Translations under genes and position numbers: made by a program | The notes under the pieces: generated by a model | What the model was told of the DNA's origin: nothing | Database searches by the model: none | Seen by the model: only the letters and a program-made list of their open reading frames with translations | Part shown: in pieces, positions 25,400-39,199 of the stretch | Position numbering within the stretch: the stretch's first letter is position 1 | Layout: the number at the start of each line of letters is the position of its first letter | NCBI GenBank assembly: GCA_951406725.2 | Contig: OX597820.1 | Location: 50,716,001-50,780,000, forward strand | Origin: Octopus vulgaris | Lineage: Eukaryota | Reading direction: 5' to 3' | DNA: 64,000 nt

Positions 25400-28010
25400 A
25401 AAAGACCAGAAACTAACGAAATTATAATGTTAAAGTGAAAAGCTGCATGGTTAGAAACAAACGAAGGCAATTCTGGAGCGGAATTAGTGAAAACTAAATA
25501 TACAGTTCTTATTAGAAAAACAGTGGAATTTAATAAAAGCAAGACAGAGTATCATAAATCCTTTCATTTTTAATTTACAAGACGAATTCCTAAATAAAGG
25601 GTATGACAACCCATAATATTCCATGTTCTAGCCTTTTTAAAAATGGAAAAGTATAAATCATACCAAGACTAGACCAACTACCACAAATATCTCCCAAGTG
25701 AAAGCATTGGAAGAACATACCGAAGTAGAGCGTCGCTCCCAAGAGATCATACCATGAAAAAAAATTCTAAAACAGAAGGAATGAAACAAATGAAAATTAA
25801 ACAGCAAGATAAAGATATCTTATGAGAACATACAAATATATCAAATATCAAAGTAGGTGGATCACCTTCCGACAAAATAGAGGAACTGAGTATCAATGGC
25901 TTACAGAAGAAGAACGCATTTTAGGGAACAGGAGCTCCAAAATGTATGGAGAGAAAACTCTAATAATACAGAGAGTCAAGGAACTCTAGAATCATTCAAC
26001 CCAAGTGTTACATAACTTTCTAAGCAAAACGTCATGAAAATAGACTCAAATTCCCAAACATGATATAATAGATTTGAAAAAGTATATTGAGTTTTTTTGT
26101 AGAAATCTTCATCTACGAGATTTCTGTCAAAACGATCATGACGAAGGCAAAACACTTGTGAAAAACAAAGTATTTAAACTTAAACCTCCAACGAACGGAT
26201 ATAATCACATAACGTGAGCAAACCCAGATATTGTGACAAACCATATAACTGCAAAAATTACGAAAGAAGAAGCGAAATAACTTACAACGTCTACAGAAAG
26301 ATTGCTCTGTAGACATTAGTGAAACTGAAAAGTGAAAAGTAAGTGATAATGGACAAGAACCCTTACAGGTGAATAGTCTTAGAAGAAATAGAATGATGAT
26401 AATTTCAAAACCTTATAAATTGATGGAGATAAACTTATGATGAATTGGTTTAGGAAATTAACAGAGAATTATAAAATGACTACACGAAAAATGAGTGTGA
26501 CCATCTCCCTCGGTAAAACGATTAATTTTTATGGGCAACCAATAATCATAAATCTAAAGAAATCAATAACTGTGTAAAAAATCACCATATATCGTATGTT
26601 AAATTCCCCAAACCGTCTAATCTGAAATTACGTCCAATTGTTACATGCCCAATATCTAGCATCCAAAAATTACACAATTGGCTTGATATAATTTTGAATC
26701 CATTGTGCAAATTGGTTGACAGTTTCAGCACAGATGACATGGGCGTCCCAAAGGATAATCCACAAACAGTAAATAATGAGACAATCCTGGTAGGTTACGA
26801 GATAACCTCTCCCTACATACATACTTTCTTGAGTATTAGAAGCAGTAGAACTCAGGAGAGACAAATACTCACAAAGGATTCATGAGAGATTCTCAAAGGA
26901 ATTTATGCTAAGATGATTGAGATTGGTACCAGAAAACAACTTCTCAGTGAAGCTAATACCACAAATAAATAAAAAGCTTAGCAATGGAATGAAATCCGCA
27001 CGTATGTTTACGAATCTAGTAAGTTATTCATAGAAAAGAAGATCTATATCCTCTCTGGAGTTACTTTTGATCAATATTTCCGATTCTATTTATTATGTAA
27101 GAGGAAGAGATTCGTAAGTGACACATTTTGGAAAAAATGAGAAGATGACAAGATTTATCTAATTCAACAATTTAATATGTACCTTTCATAAATCAGCCCA
27201 GTTCACTGCGGAAGTAAATGAACGGCAACTTCCTTTTCTTCACATTTTCATATTTAGAGAAAATAAGACAGTTATAAACGATATATAGTACAAGGACATA
27301 GATACACACCTTTCTTTAATCTTTAAATATTTCCAACAATTCTACACAATATGGAACATACCTTTCAATTGCTTAGACACAAATAAACGAGAAATAAGTA
27401 CGTAGCTTCAGAAAAAACCCATCATTGCACAAAACGTTCTAAATCATGCCATGATGAAAGGAATGAAAATCCCAGTCTTTGTCCTACAGGGTGTGAAAAT
27501 GAAAACAAATATAAATATTCCATACTCCTACAATCCACCAAGAAAACAATAGATTTCTTAGAAAGAAATAATGCATGCAACAAAACGTGGGGACACTTTT
27601 TGTGTGACGCATGAAATACTTGAACAAGGAACAACCAAAAGATTCAAGAATAGGAAGGAACTGAAGGTAAATTCAAACATGGAATGCAAAGCAAACTATT
27701 TCATCTAGTGCATTAGATGCCCAAAATGAAACTAGAATTACATCAGAGGAACAAGAACAAAATTAACCAGTTGTGTAAGAGAGTAGAGACAGCAAATTAA
27801 AAATTCCATTCTTACGAATTTCATATGGGGAATTTCATATCGATTCCTTTCAAATGGAGAATATCTAGAGATTTGTGCAGATGGAAGATTCAAAATTTTC
27901 CCTTTAAGAAAAAACGAAAATTATCAATTATGAAAGGCTAAGTAAAATAATTCATAATAATTCTAATTCCAAAACTAAAGCACAAATACTGAATAACTTC
28001 ATCAAAGCCA
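25400..28010 (+). mobile_element. Highly decayed near-full-length PLE (RT + GIY-YIG)
   Basis: Remnant motifs in correct order: LKLRPIV, ILVGYEITSPY (LVSFDVTSLY-like), AM..KSARMFTNL, KRFVSD (RFIDD-like), QLPFL, RQQI, LEICADGRFKIFP. 5' boundary approximate. Confidence 0.7.
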
Positions 28011-28214
28011 AATTCCTCTTTATTATAAGGATTAATTCAGGAGAGGATTGAGTGAAAACCTGATCAAGAATAGCACTTACACCTATTATGGAAATAATTT
28101 TGCAAAAGTTTGATGAAGTTTTCAAAGTTAATATATTTTAAAAATATAATATAATATAGTATAATATAATATGATATAATATAATATAATATAATATATA
28201 TATTTCAAAATATA

Positions 28215-28410
28215 ACCATATGTGGATCGTTTGCAAGTCTTCCTTTTCTAGTGGACAGTCCTCTGTCTCCTGTTTCTGAAGAAAAGCCTTTGCTCGAAAC
28301 TTAAAATTCCTTTCTTTCCTTCCCTGGGCGTCTGCTAATACTTTGCATGTACCACGTCCTCACGTTGTTTCCTTCTTGTGTTTTTTCTTCGCTATTTTGG
28401 GTGATGAATG
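28215..28410 (+). mobile_element. Short PLE-tail element with degenerate HHR (28273-28306)
   Basis: ttt-CTGAAGA-aaagc(cttt)gctc-GAAAC-ttaaaa, then a pyrimidine-rich tail ending at (TA)n. Confidence 0.6.
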
Positions 28411-28426
28411 ATATATATATATATAT

Positions 28427-28556
28427 GGAGAGTTTACGAAAAAAACAAAAGACGAAAACAGGTGATGTACAAAACAAACAGATGTATTAGTATAACGAAC
28501 AGGAATGGAAAAAGACTATTACGTTTCGAGTTTACGCTCTTCTACAGAAAGGGACA
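28427..28556 (-). mobile_element. Short PLE-tail element with variant HHR (28516-28550)
   Basis: Minus strand uuu-CUGUAGA-a-gag(cguaaa)cuc-GAAACGUA-auag; tail ends at the same (TA)n as the preceding element. Confidence 0.6.
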
Positions 28557-28570
28557 TGTATATGTGTATG

Positions 28571-28606
<36 letters not shown>

Positions 28607-28679
28607 AGTGTATGTGTGTGTGTGTATGTGTGTGTATGTCTGTGTGTGTCTGTCTGTGTGTGTGTATATATATATATAA

Positions 28680-29686
28680 CACTGAGTTCAAAAACGAACA
28701 ATTGGAGCTTTTTGAGAGGTTCAAAAAGTCTGGTCGTTCTGTTATTAAATCTAATTTTATTAAATCTAGGTATCCTGGGATATTCAATAACAGAATGATT
28801 AGATTTGGCTTTTCTGTTTCTCTTAACGTATTTAAGATTATTTCTTCCTTTAACAATAGAAAACTAAACCTTTACTTTAAGAATTTTACGTCCTCTACTA
28901 ATATATATCAATCCCAATTATTCAAATAGCTCTGTATCTTCTACCAACGATTCCTATACTCACATAATCTCTTCCTGTTTCAACACACACATAAAAATAA
29001 CACTTATAATATTAGTAACAACTGTAACTGTAGAAACCCTAACACCTGTGAGGTTAAAGGTAATTGTAAAATGAAAAATGTACATAAATCTACTATTACA
29101 GCACATGATCTCTCTAGGTTTCATTGTATAGGTTGCGCGCAGACCCGTCTTAAATCCCGTTTGAATAATCGTAAATCATCTTTTAATGAAGCTCGGAAAG
29201 AATGTAGTAATAGTTTATCCAAAAAGGTATGGCAACTTAAAAAGTGACAACATAAAATTCTCAATTGCTTGGATTAAAAATAGAACGTGACTTTTATGCC
29301 TTGAAGAGGCTTATATAATTATGAAAATGAACGGTTCTATCATAAATTCGAGAGATCAAAGAAGTTTCATCAACAATAAATTCATCAACATAAATTCGAG
29401 AGATGAAAGAAGTTTCATCAACAATATCATAGTAGTAACTCCTACTATGTTATTGTTGATGAAACTTGTTCTTTGTCTACCTACTTACCCTCTTTGTGAT
29501 TTTGTTTAATGGAATAACTATGAAAAGGAATCTTTTGAATTATCTTAATTCTACATTTTTTATGCAACTGAGTATGCTCTACATTTCAAAACCGATGTAA
29601 TACTTGCATTGTTCAATTAAATGGAGTCGCATGAAACGATCGTACTGCATTACCTCTGGATATCCTTGTTGCTTATTTTGATTTTA
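28680..29686 (+). mobile_element. Decayed 5'-truncated Hydra-clade-like PLE of a second family, with HHR at 29562-29650
   Basis: IFNNRMIRFGFS...KIISSFNNRKLN, CNC-RNPNT-C-EVKGN-C, CIGCAQTRLKSRLNN, SLSKKVWQLK and LCLEE are all homologous to the 837-aa ORF. Ends in (TA)n. Confidence 0.85.
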
Positions 29687-30356
29687 TATATATATATATA
29701 TATATATCTTCGTTTTTAATATTAATATGCATATGTATAACATTATACTTCGTCTCGACCTGTTACCATTTTTTTAACATATCCCTTTGAGTTTTTTTCT
29801 TATTTTTATGTTATAGATTGCGGCACACATAGATGTGTATACACATTTATATGTCTGTCTTTTTTCTCTTTCGTCTCTCTCACTATTATTATTACTGTTA
29901 TTTTTTTCCTTTTTACAACTTGCTTGTAAATATCAGCTTTTCCCTGTTACCTCTTTTGTATTCTTCATTATGGTATCTTATTTTGATTTACTTTAAATTA
30001 ATAAACCTGTTTTGATGTTCTTCCAAAAAGTCTTCACACTAATGAGAATGTCAATGAATAAATTTAATCATAATTAATTTGATTATAACTTTTCTTACAT
30101 ATTTGTAATGTCCTTTGAAACGCGCGTATGTAATGAATACAAATTTGTATTAAATACAATTTTGATACAACTCTTTCTCCATTTTTATATAATTGTTTAT
30201 GGCACATTTATACCTATAACGATATTTTCCGACTATTATATATATATATACTCCAGGTGATGTGTTGCTATCCTAGATACTACCCCGTTGTTTTTTATAT
30301 AGCGTACATATTCCTTATATGTACTGCTTGTGATCTCAAGTAAATTGTAGCCAAAT

Positions 30357-30522
30357 TCAATTTATAATTTCGATATTTAAATTGTGGTTGTTGAAATAAG
30401 TGCCAATGAGATAAGTTGTAGAGTCATCAAATCCTGAACATGCAGAAAACCCTTCACTTGAAGACAGTAATGCTACAAATTGTTCCGCTGTTAAGTATAT
30501 GCGGTTGAACAGATTCTTACAG
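30357..30522 (-). CDS. Candidate terminal exon of a TNF/C1q-fold-like host gene or pseudogene
   Basis: Acceptor ctctctctttcag; open frame CKNLFNRIYLTAEQFVALL...TYLIGTYF...stop; joins in frame to the donor at 32055. Confidence 0.35.
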
Positions 30523-30800
30523 CTGAAAGAGAGAGATCTGAATCGATTACTTTGCTTAAGTAACTCCTGTCGTTTTGTCAACTATTAATTAGTAATTCTA
30601 CACTCAGTCAGTAACTTCTGTTTCCTATAAGAGTCTAGTGCAGATATGTCAATGAAATCACTCAATTTTCAACTATTACAAATACGATGCATTATTAGTG
30701 TACATCATCGAAACTACTTGTTAATATATTATTATTATTATTATTATCATCATCATCATCATCATCAACATCATCATCATCATTATTATTATTATTTTCA

Positions 30801-30861
<61 letters not shown>

Positions 30862-32055
30862 GTTGTTGTTGTTATCATTGTTGATGTTGTTGTTTTTTGA
30901 TGTTGTTGTAACTACAATGGTAAGAAGCATACACACACACATGCACACACATAAAAACACACATACACAAACTAGAACACACACGCACTCACAGACATAC
31001 AGGCATACACACACATTTATATGCACATATATACATATTTGTGTGTGTGTGTTTGTGTGTTTATGTATGTATTCACACACAGATACACTCACATGTATGA
31101 TTGTGTACGTGGATTTGAATACCGGTATGTATGTGAAATTGTTTTCGCCATCATGTTTACCGGTATAAACTGGAGAGCCTATTTACGTTCCTTTATGTTA
31201 AGAGAATTTACTTACACATCCGATGAATAGATATCGATCAAATAAGTACTAGCCTGACATAAATACTTGAATCGATACGATCGACTAAAACCTATCAAAA
31301 GCGATGCTATAGCTTGACCGAAGGCAGTGTTGTATAATTATATTAATATGTGTGGGTATATTTATACACATGGGGTTTTCTGTAATTGTGAACATGTACA
31401 GACGTGAATGTCATTGGTTTTCATTGTGAAAAAGTCATCTAAAATAGCATCATTTCAACATATCATAATATAGATCACAATCTTCTTCGTCTTTCATGAT
31501 TTTTTTGGTGTTGTTTCTTTTTCATACTCCTACTAAACATTCACCTGCAACACTATACCATGCCCGCACAACGCTTCCGAGGAAACATGAAAGGATTTTT
31601 ATACAGAAAGAAATAAAATACTCTATTACTATAATATCGAAATAATTAAAATATTGAAAAGAAACATTTCAGGAAGTTACACCGATGTAGATATTGCATG
31701 CGTTACCGTAGCTTTAATATCTTTGTGACGACTATTTTGGAACGATTGATCTCAAATATTGGCTGTGATAGAATTACAGAAACAAGTTGATTCAAGCTAT
31801 GTTCGTGACCTGACCTTCTTTTTCTTTTTTTTTTTTTCTTTTTTGTTCGATATATTTCGAAACGAAGTGCCGGCTTTTCAACTATTCTATCATTGCTACA
31901 TACTAATAATTCTTTGATTTCTATTTCAGAATATTTCCAGGAAATTTGATCTCAGAAACACTATGACCAAATACGATGAATGAAGTGTCACGAAATTCCT
32001 TCTATTTTTACATACGTACACACATGTTCGGTCACATATACATACATTCACGTAC

Positions 32056-32291
32056 ACACCTGCGCCTGTGATTATGGGTTTCATAAATGGTTGAGGTGTT
32101 AAGGCATTGCCGAATAAATTTTCAAATAAAAAGGAAAAGTCGAATAGATATAGTCCACCCACATTCACAGTAAGTGTATTGGTGGTGAAATAGATATCTG
32201 AGTGATTTACGGAATCTCTACTTGATTCATTTATTTGTTCATATTGACACTGTTCTCGAGTTCGCGAACAGCCATATATTTTGTAGTAATG
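32056..32291 (-). CDS. Candidate exon with TNF/C1q-like strand motif; 5' boundary uncertain
   Basis: IYFTTNTLTVNVGGLYLFDFSFLF resembles the L-x-V-x3-GLY-x-x-x-x-x-x-F pattern; donor GT|gtacgt in phase 2. An in-frame stop at ~32301 limits the 5' extent. Confidence 0.35.
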
Positions 32292-33065
32292 CTTTTGACG
32301 TTAGTTTTTGAGATTTAAGACACGATAATTTCTTTGACTGGAAATTGACCAGAATATTAAAAATAAACAGTTATAAACTGCTCTGATTGTGTAATTCTTT
32401 AATAATTTAATATGTAATACATTAATACTCACATTAACTAAAACGATTTTAATATAATTGTAGACTGAGTAATTATTTACGTGTACTTCACCGTAAATAT
32501 ATTCCTGTTTATATTCCTTATAAAAGTAAATTTCATGATTATATAAAAATTGTGATACAGACTTTTATATAGTTCTTTTTTTAAAAATCTATGACGTTAA
32601 AGTTATTCCTTATCAGACTTCCTCTCAGTTATTTTGGTTGTATTAGAAAAGTTATTTCTCAAATTAAATTATCATCATTCCTTGCTCATTGAAAGTATTG
32701 GCTCGAGGATAATCTACGCTACAAGAATATTTTCGACTCGACTGCCTAATTCTTTTCAGAAAATATATAATGTCTACACCAGAATTGAAAGTATCTCGCC
32801 ATACTATTGGCGGCGATAATTTCGACTGGGAGACTTCACTTTCCATCAATCCGAGGTCAATGAAATAAGTACTCCATGTGCACTGGAAAAGCAGTATTAT
32901 GATTATTGTTGCTTTTGAGTTAAACTCAAAAGATTTAAGAAGTCATTTTTCTGTAGATGAACATATTAAAGAGACTGTTCGCCGTAAATACTCATACTAC
33001 AGTATTAACGAAAAGAAGATTTTGGCTGAAACTCATCATGTCCCTTCGGCACAAATTGTTATTGT

Positions 33066-33066
<1 letters not shown>

Positions 33067-33131
<65 letters not shown>

Positions 33132-33159
33132 TACTACTACTGCTGCTACTACTACTACA

Positions 33160-33226
<67 letters not shown>

Positions 33227-33227
33227 T

Positions 33228-33308
<81 letters not shown>

Positions 33309-33309
33309 T
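33067..33309 (+). repeat. (ACT)n microsatellite
   Basis: Directly visible; poly-T/L/V ORFs are artefacts. Confidence 0.97.
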
Positions 33310-34252
33310 GAACTGTAGGTCTCATATTCGCTATTCCATAAGTGTGTTTCTGTTTTTATTGCTGAGTTGTCGGTGGTGAATTGTTTTGAAGCGTATTTCA
33401 AAGTTACTGCTTTCCAAAATTTCAAAAACAAAACAGCTAAAATTCGGTGAGATACGTGTCTCAAAAGACGACATGGCCAGTATATGACGAAATTCTTCCA
33501 TTTAGCGAAAAAATATTGTAGGTACAGTCATTAATAATATCTGCACCATGTACACGACCTCAATTTTCGTCAGCAACAGGAAAAACAGTTGAACGTGGTA
33601 GCGATTACGATGAGCAGATATGATCTAAGAAGGTTGTGAGATACTTTCGTTTTTGAAACTACGAAGTCTTCAACTTTCTCCTGAGTCCACGTACATTTCG
33701 GTTTACGTTCAAAATTGCTTTTATATTAGTATATCAATTGTTTTGAATAGGACAGATATATTATATTATATATTATAAAGCATGTTTTATGAACGTAGTG
33801 TACTTGAACATACTTCGTATTGTTGTGTTAATAGAAAATCGTTGCCAAGAACGTGTGGAACGGATGAGCAGTTTTGTTTTCATTTCCGACATGTGTCAGA
33901 TATTTTTCCAAACAATCTACCGTTCAGATTCATATGAATGTCAGCTCCTCTGTAGGACATAACGAGAAATAAATAATATTGCCAAACAACGAAACGTTTT
34001 AAAGTTTAGAGATCATAAATAATAACAACGATCATTTGAAAAAAATGGAGGAGACACCCTATGGTTAAACAGAGTCTAAAGAGTCTCTAATGACTTGTGG
34101 GAAAACCCCATAATGTAGCGTTAATACTTATCTACTGATTGATATTTCGAACGACATTTAAAGTAGTTATAACAATCTTTCAAACTTTTTTTTACAAATT
34201 CTGACACCCACCGTTATTGCCATCAATGCCAATAGTCATACACTTAATCTTA

Positions 34253-34323
<71 letters not shown>

Positions 34324-34325
34324 AC

Positions 34326-34370
<45 letters not shown>

Positions 34371-34565
34371 TTTAAATAATAATAATTTTACAACAAACAA
34401 TTTTCGTATGTTTTTTTTAGACATTCACTAGTACAACACTAAGTACAAAACCAAATAGATGGCAACGTAGGCATAACACCAACATGAACTTCCAACTAGT
34501 CTCTTGAGGTCTCTGGGTGAGACTTGGAGTCAGCTTGTGCAAATGTAAAGCAAAAGTCAAACATA

Positions 34566-34636
<71 letters not shown>

Positions 34637-34744
34637 GCAATGGCAACTGCATCGTTATTATCTATTCATCACGTGTTTTGTGGGATATTCTGGATCCTTG
34701 CAAGCGTAGCGCGTTTACAACCTGCAGAATAAGGTACCATGCTA

Positions 34745-35168
34745 TTCCTTTTTTCAGCTATCTAGTACATTCCTGATTATTCTGGCAGCACTAAGTAGTC
34801 AAAACTTTCGTAACAATCCCACTGGGCATTCTATTCCAATTTCCTTTATGTTTCCCTTGATGCCTTCTGATACTGTTCCTAAGGATCCAAGAATAATTAC
34901 TACTATCTTCACCTTCTTCATCTCCCTAGCTGGTCTATTTCGTAATTAAGAGCGTTGTATCTATCTTTCCCTCTTCCTTCTTCAATATTCTTAGGTCAAA
35001 GGAGCATGCAACATCAACTATACAGCATGCGATGCATCCTATCCACAAACACTAAGTCCGGTCTGTTATGCCCTTGCACCTGATATGTTTAGATTGGGAA
35101 ATCCCAGACGATTGTGTTAGTCTCCATCCGTGCCACACTCTGCAGCTTGTGCTCATACCACTTTATCA
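34745..35168 (-). mobile_element. R4/Dong-like RLE LINE 3' fragment
   Basis: WYEH...IVWDFPI.T...HNRPDLV...CIVDVAC.FD...KEE, restriction-like endonuclease motifs; flanked by TAA/ATT repeats. Confidence 0.75.
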
Positions 35169-35196
35169 TTATTAATATTATTATAATTATTATTAA

Positions 35197-35526
35197 GGCG
35201 CATGGCTCAGTGGTTAGGGCGTCAAGCTTACGATCGTGAGGTTGTGACCTCGAATCCTGGACCGGGCTGCGTGTTGTGTTCTTGAGCAAGACACTTTATT
35301 TCACGTTGCTCTAGTTCACTCAGCTGTAGAAATGAGTTGCGACGTCACAGATGCCAAGCTACGTCGGTCCTTGCCTTTCCCTTGGATAACACTGGTGGCA
35401 TGGAGAGGGGAGGCCGGTGTGCATGGACGACTGCTGGTCATCCATAAACAATCCTGCCCGGAATTGTGCCTGGGAGGGTAACTTTCTAGGTGTAATCCCA
35501 TGGTCAGTGTCGTGACCGAAGGGGGT
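35197..35526 (+). mobile_element. tRNA-derived CORE-type SINE
   Basis: A-box tggctcagtgg, B-box-like ctcgaatcc, CORE-like gtgttcttgagcaagacacttta; inserted in (ATT)n. Confidence 0.75.
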
Positions 35527-35569
35527 TCAGATTATTATCATTATTATTATTATTATTATTATTTTTATG

Positions 35570-35632
<63 letters not shown>

Positions 35633-36446
35633 ATTATTATTATTACTATTATTATAAATCACCATTTACGACAACTATTATAATTTGTATTAAAATTAAT
35701 AACGTCATTATATTAGAATGATAAAATTTGTGTTGTTCTTGAGAAGAAAGAAATAGAGTTATCAAAATTATAGATACGCAAGATCTTTCGAAGAAGTTAT
35801 AGTTTAATTCTGGAATATTTCATATGGAAAGTAATTCTGTAGTGCAATAGATAAAGAAAAGACGACTAAATATATTCAATAAAGAAGAGAGAATATTTAC
35901 ATCGTGATCGAGTTTTAAACCCAATGTACTTCGACATATACCTCCTTAAATAATTCATAACAAATTAGAATACTCTCATTCACGAACACTTGCGCGAAAA
36001 TATATACATATGATTATACAACGCACGGATGTACGACAACACTTCAGAAATAAATATGTAAACAAGTGTGTGCTATAGATACTTATGGATATATAGGTGT
36101 GTATTTACTTCAGTGCATTTGTGAATGTTTGAATTTATATACATATGTCTGCGTGTGCATGTTCGTGTGTGTTCCTGTGTGTGCGAGAGTATTTACTTAT
36201 ATGCAGACTTACATACATGTAGACATACTTACATATATATATGCAAACAAGCAAACTTTCAGTCTGTTATGTATCAGCACATCCAACTTATTCAGCATTC
36301 CACACAGACTTTCATCCATGTATGCAAATTCACAGTAACAATGAACATTAATATTAATTCATTATTGTAGCTTGCAATATTTCCGCGATATTTCCTAGGG
36401 AAACGGTATAATGTAACAGGGTATGCACATATATGTGTGTGACAGG

Positions 36447-36529
<83 letters not shown>

Positions 36530-36667
36530 TGTATATATATGTATATATATATATATATATATAAAAATACATACGTATATATGCATATATATATATACAT
36601 GTGTGTGTATACATGTATGTATGCGAGTATGGTTGTATGCAATATAAATAAGTATCATTTATGCTAC

Positions 36668-36710
<43 letters not shown>

Positions 36711-37859
36711 GTATGTATGTATGTATGTATGTATGTATGTATGTATGTATTTATGAATGTATGTATGTAGATAGATTTAATCATATATACACATATATTT
36801 GTATATTTTTGTGCATATCTATATATATATACTTACTTCTCAATGTGTAGGTACGTCGGCGTATTTATAAATACTTATTACTATTTATTCCTCAAGTTCT
36901 CTTTGTGATACTGATATTCTGATATTTGTGTTTGTTTTCGTTTTTGTTATTTATATTTTCTTCTTCTTAAGATTTCATCACAGGAAATGGCTTTCGTCTA
37001 TAATCTTAATACTGATTACTTTTTCTCATATTTCCTTTTTAATTTGCGTCTGCATATTTTTTTGTCTTATATTTTCCTTTAGTTTTGACACTTTAAGGCA
37101 GTTGAAAGGAAACAAAATATTTTATTAGTATCGATTTTTCATCATAACTACCAGCTCACATCAGTCAATATATGCCTAAATATAGATAACGACGGAAAAT
37201 TCTCAAACAACCAAACTGATTTTCTATTATCTTTTCTGAAGCCTGTTATTTCCTATTTTTCTCATTTTTACCACGATTCATTCACTATTTCTTGGCAATG
37301 TCACAAATTATTATATGATAAATTTGGGAATTATACACACGCGCACGTGCCTAGCTACACATGCAAAAAAACCTTTGCAAACATAAAAAGATGCAAAGAA
37401 AACTCACCATATTCAACTTCTGCGCTATTACAAAATATTTTTACACGAATTTACTATATTATTTCTGTATATATATACGTGTGTGTGTGTGTGTTTGTGT
37501 GTGTGTATGTGACGGTGGGAGTATTTGTTTTTGTGCGTATATGTATATCTGATATGTGTTAACATCAAGATATATATATATATATTCACATATCGTATGT
37601 GGAATGTGAATGTGTATGTGTTCATTCTGCTCAATATATTATTTTATATATATTATTTTACCAATAAATATATATTTTGCTGCGAAGCTTCATATAATTG
37701 GATAATGTCCAGACTCGCTGCTTGGCTTTCATATTGTATCTTCTCATTGCTTTGCTCTAAATATTGATCAATGATATTGCGGTATTCGTTTATAATATAA
37801 CACACTTTATACGATTCGCCATTACTATGTTATTTGATGACGAAGATAATTTGTATGCT

Positions 37860-37874
37860 TATTATTATTATTGA

Positions 37875-37956
<82 letters not shown>

Positions 37957-38057
37957 CTTATGATTATTATTATTATCATTATTATTATTATTATTATTAT
38001 TACTATTATTATTATTATTATTATTACTATTATTATTATTATTATTATCATTCGTCG

Positions 38058-38106
<49 letters not shown>

Positions 38107-38160
38107 AATTATCATAATCCTCATCATCATCATCAACATCTTTATCATCGTCATCATTAT
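37860..38160 (+). repeat. (ATT)n/(CAT)n microsatellite; similar tracts at 30730-30890, 34255-34385, 34568-34633, 35531-35655, 40489-40660, 42631-42833, 46629-46705, 46867-47155
   Basis: Directly visible trinucleotide arrays. Confidence 0.95.
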
Positions 38161-38772
38161 TTTGTTTTATTTTAATTTCCTTTAATTTAACCCAATATAT
38201 TATGTGCATTAGTCTTCAGAGAAGTTTTAATAACGTTATATTCTTTATTAAATTCATATGAGGGAAGAAGGAATGCTGTGGTATGTCGATATGAAATTCT
38301 AAGTGGAACCTTGCTGTCTACAGTTACAACGCGATTATAGATAAACTGAATCAAAATTAAAAGAATAAAAATGAAGCAGAAATCCTTAACTCCGTCGTCT
38401 TTTATCTGCAACATTTTTGTATGACTGTTTCTCATAAAAGGGTATCCCGTTAAATGTTTATTTTCATTCTTCTGTATATATTTTCCTTCCTCCATAAAAA
38501 AGCGGCCACTTTATAATATATGTAAATCATTGTTAATGAATTCAAAAAATAATTCTCTGTTATAAGCTGAACATTTTGTACTTAGAGATGACTGCAATAC
38601 GTTTGGGTGAACAGATACATTATCAACATATTTGTATATAAAATAAGATACACATATTGCCCACAATAAAACTGATACACACACAGGCATGCACACCAAC
38701 ACACTATCACATGCACTCATGTACATTTAGGTATGTATGTATATATCTACACACACACACACACATACACAC

Positions 38773-38881
<109 letters not shown>

Positions 38882-39199
38882 TCTGTTGTGTCAGGGGAGA
38901 ATCATTCTTCTTATAATTTAACGCACTCACCGGTAAAATTTCAAATTATTTTTTGTATTCTAAAAGTTTTCGTTGCGTCTTGTAACCAGTGAGTGGATTA
39001 AATTATAAGGCACTAAAAGAGAATTGACTCTCCCCAGGTACAACAGAATATGCTTCAAAACACGAACTCACATAAAGGATCTTGCAAACAAAATCCCAAA
39101 ACAAAATATTTAGAATATATTTATGACATATTTCAACTGCTAAAACGCAAATACACTGCAATTACAGCGGAGAAAATCTCTCTCTTAGGGTAAAAGATG

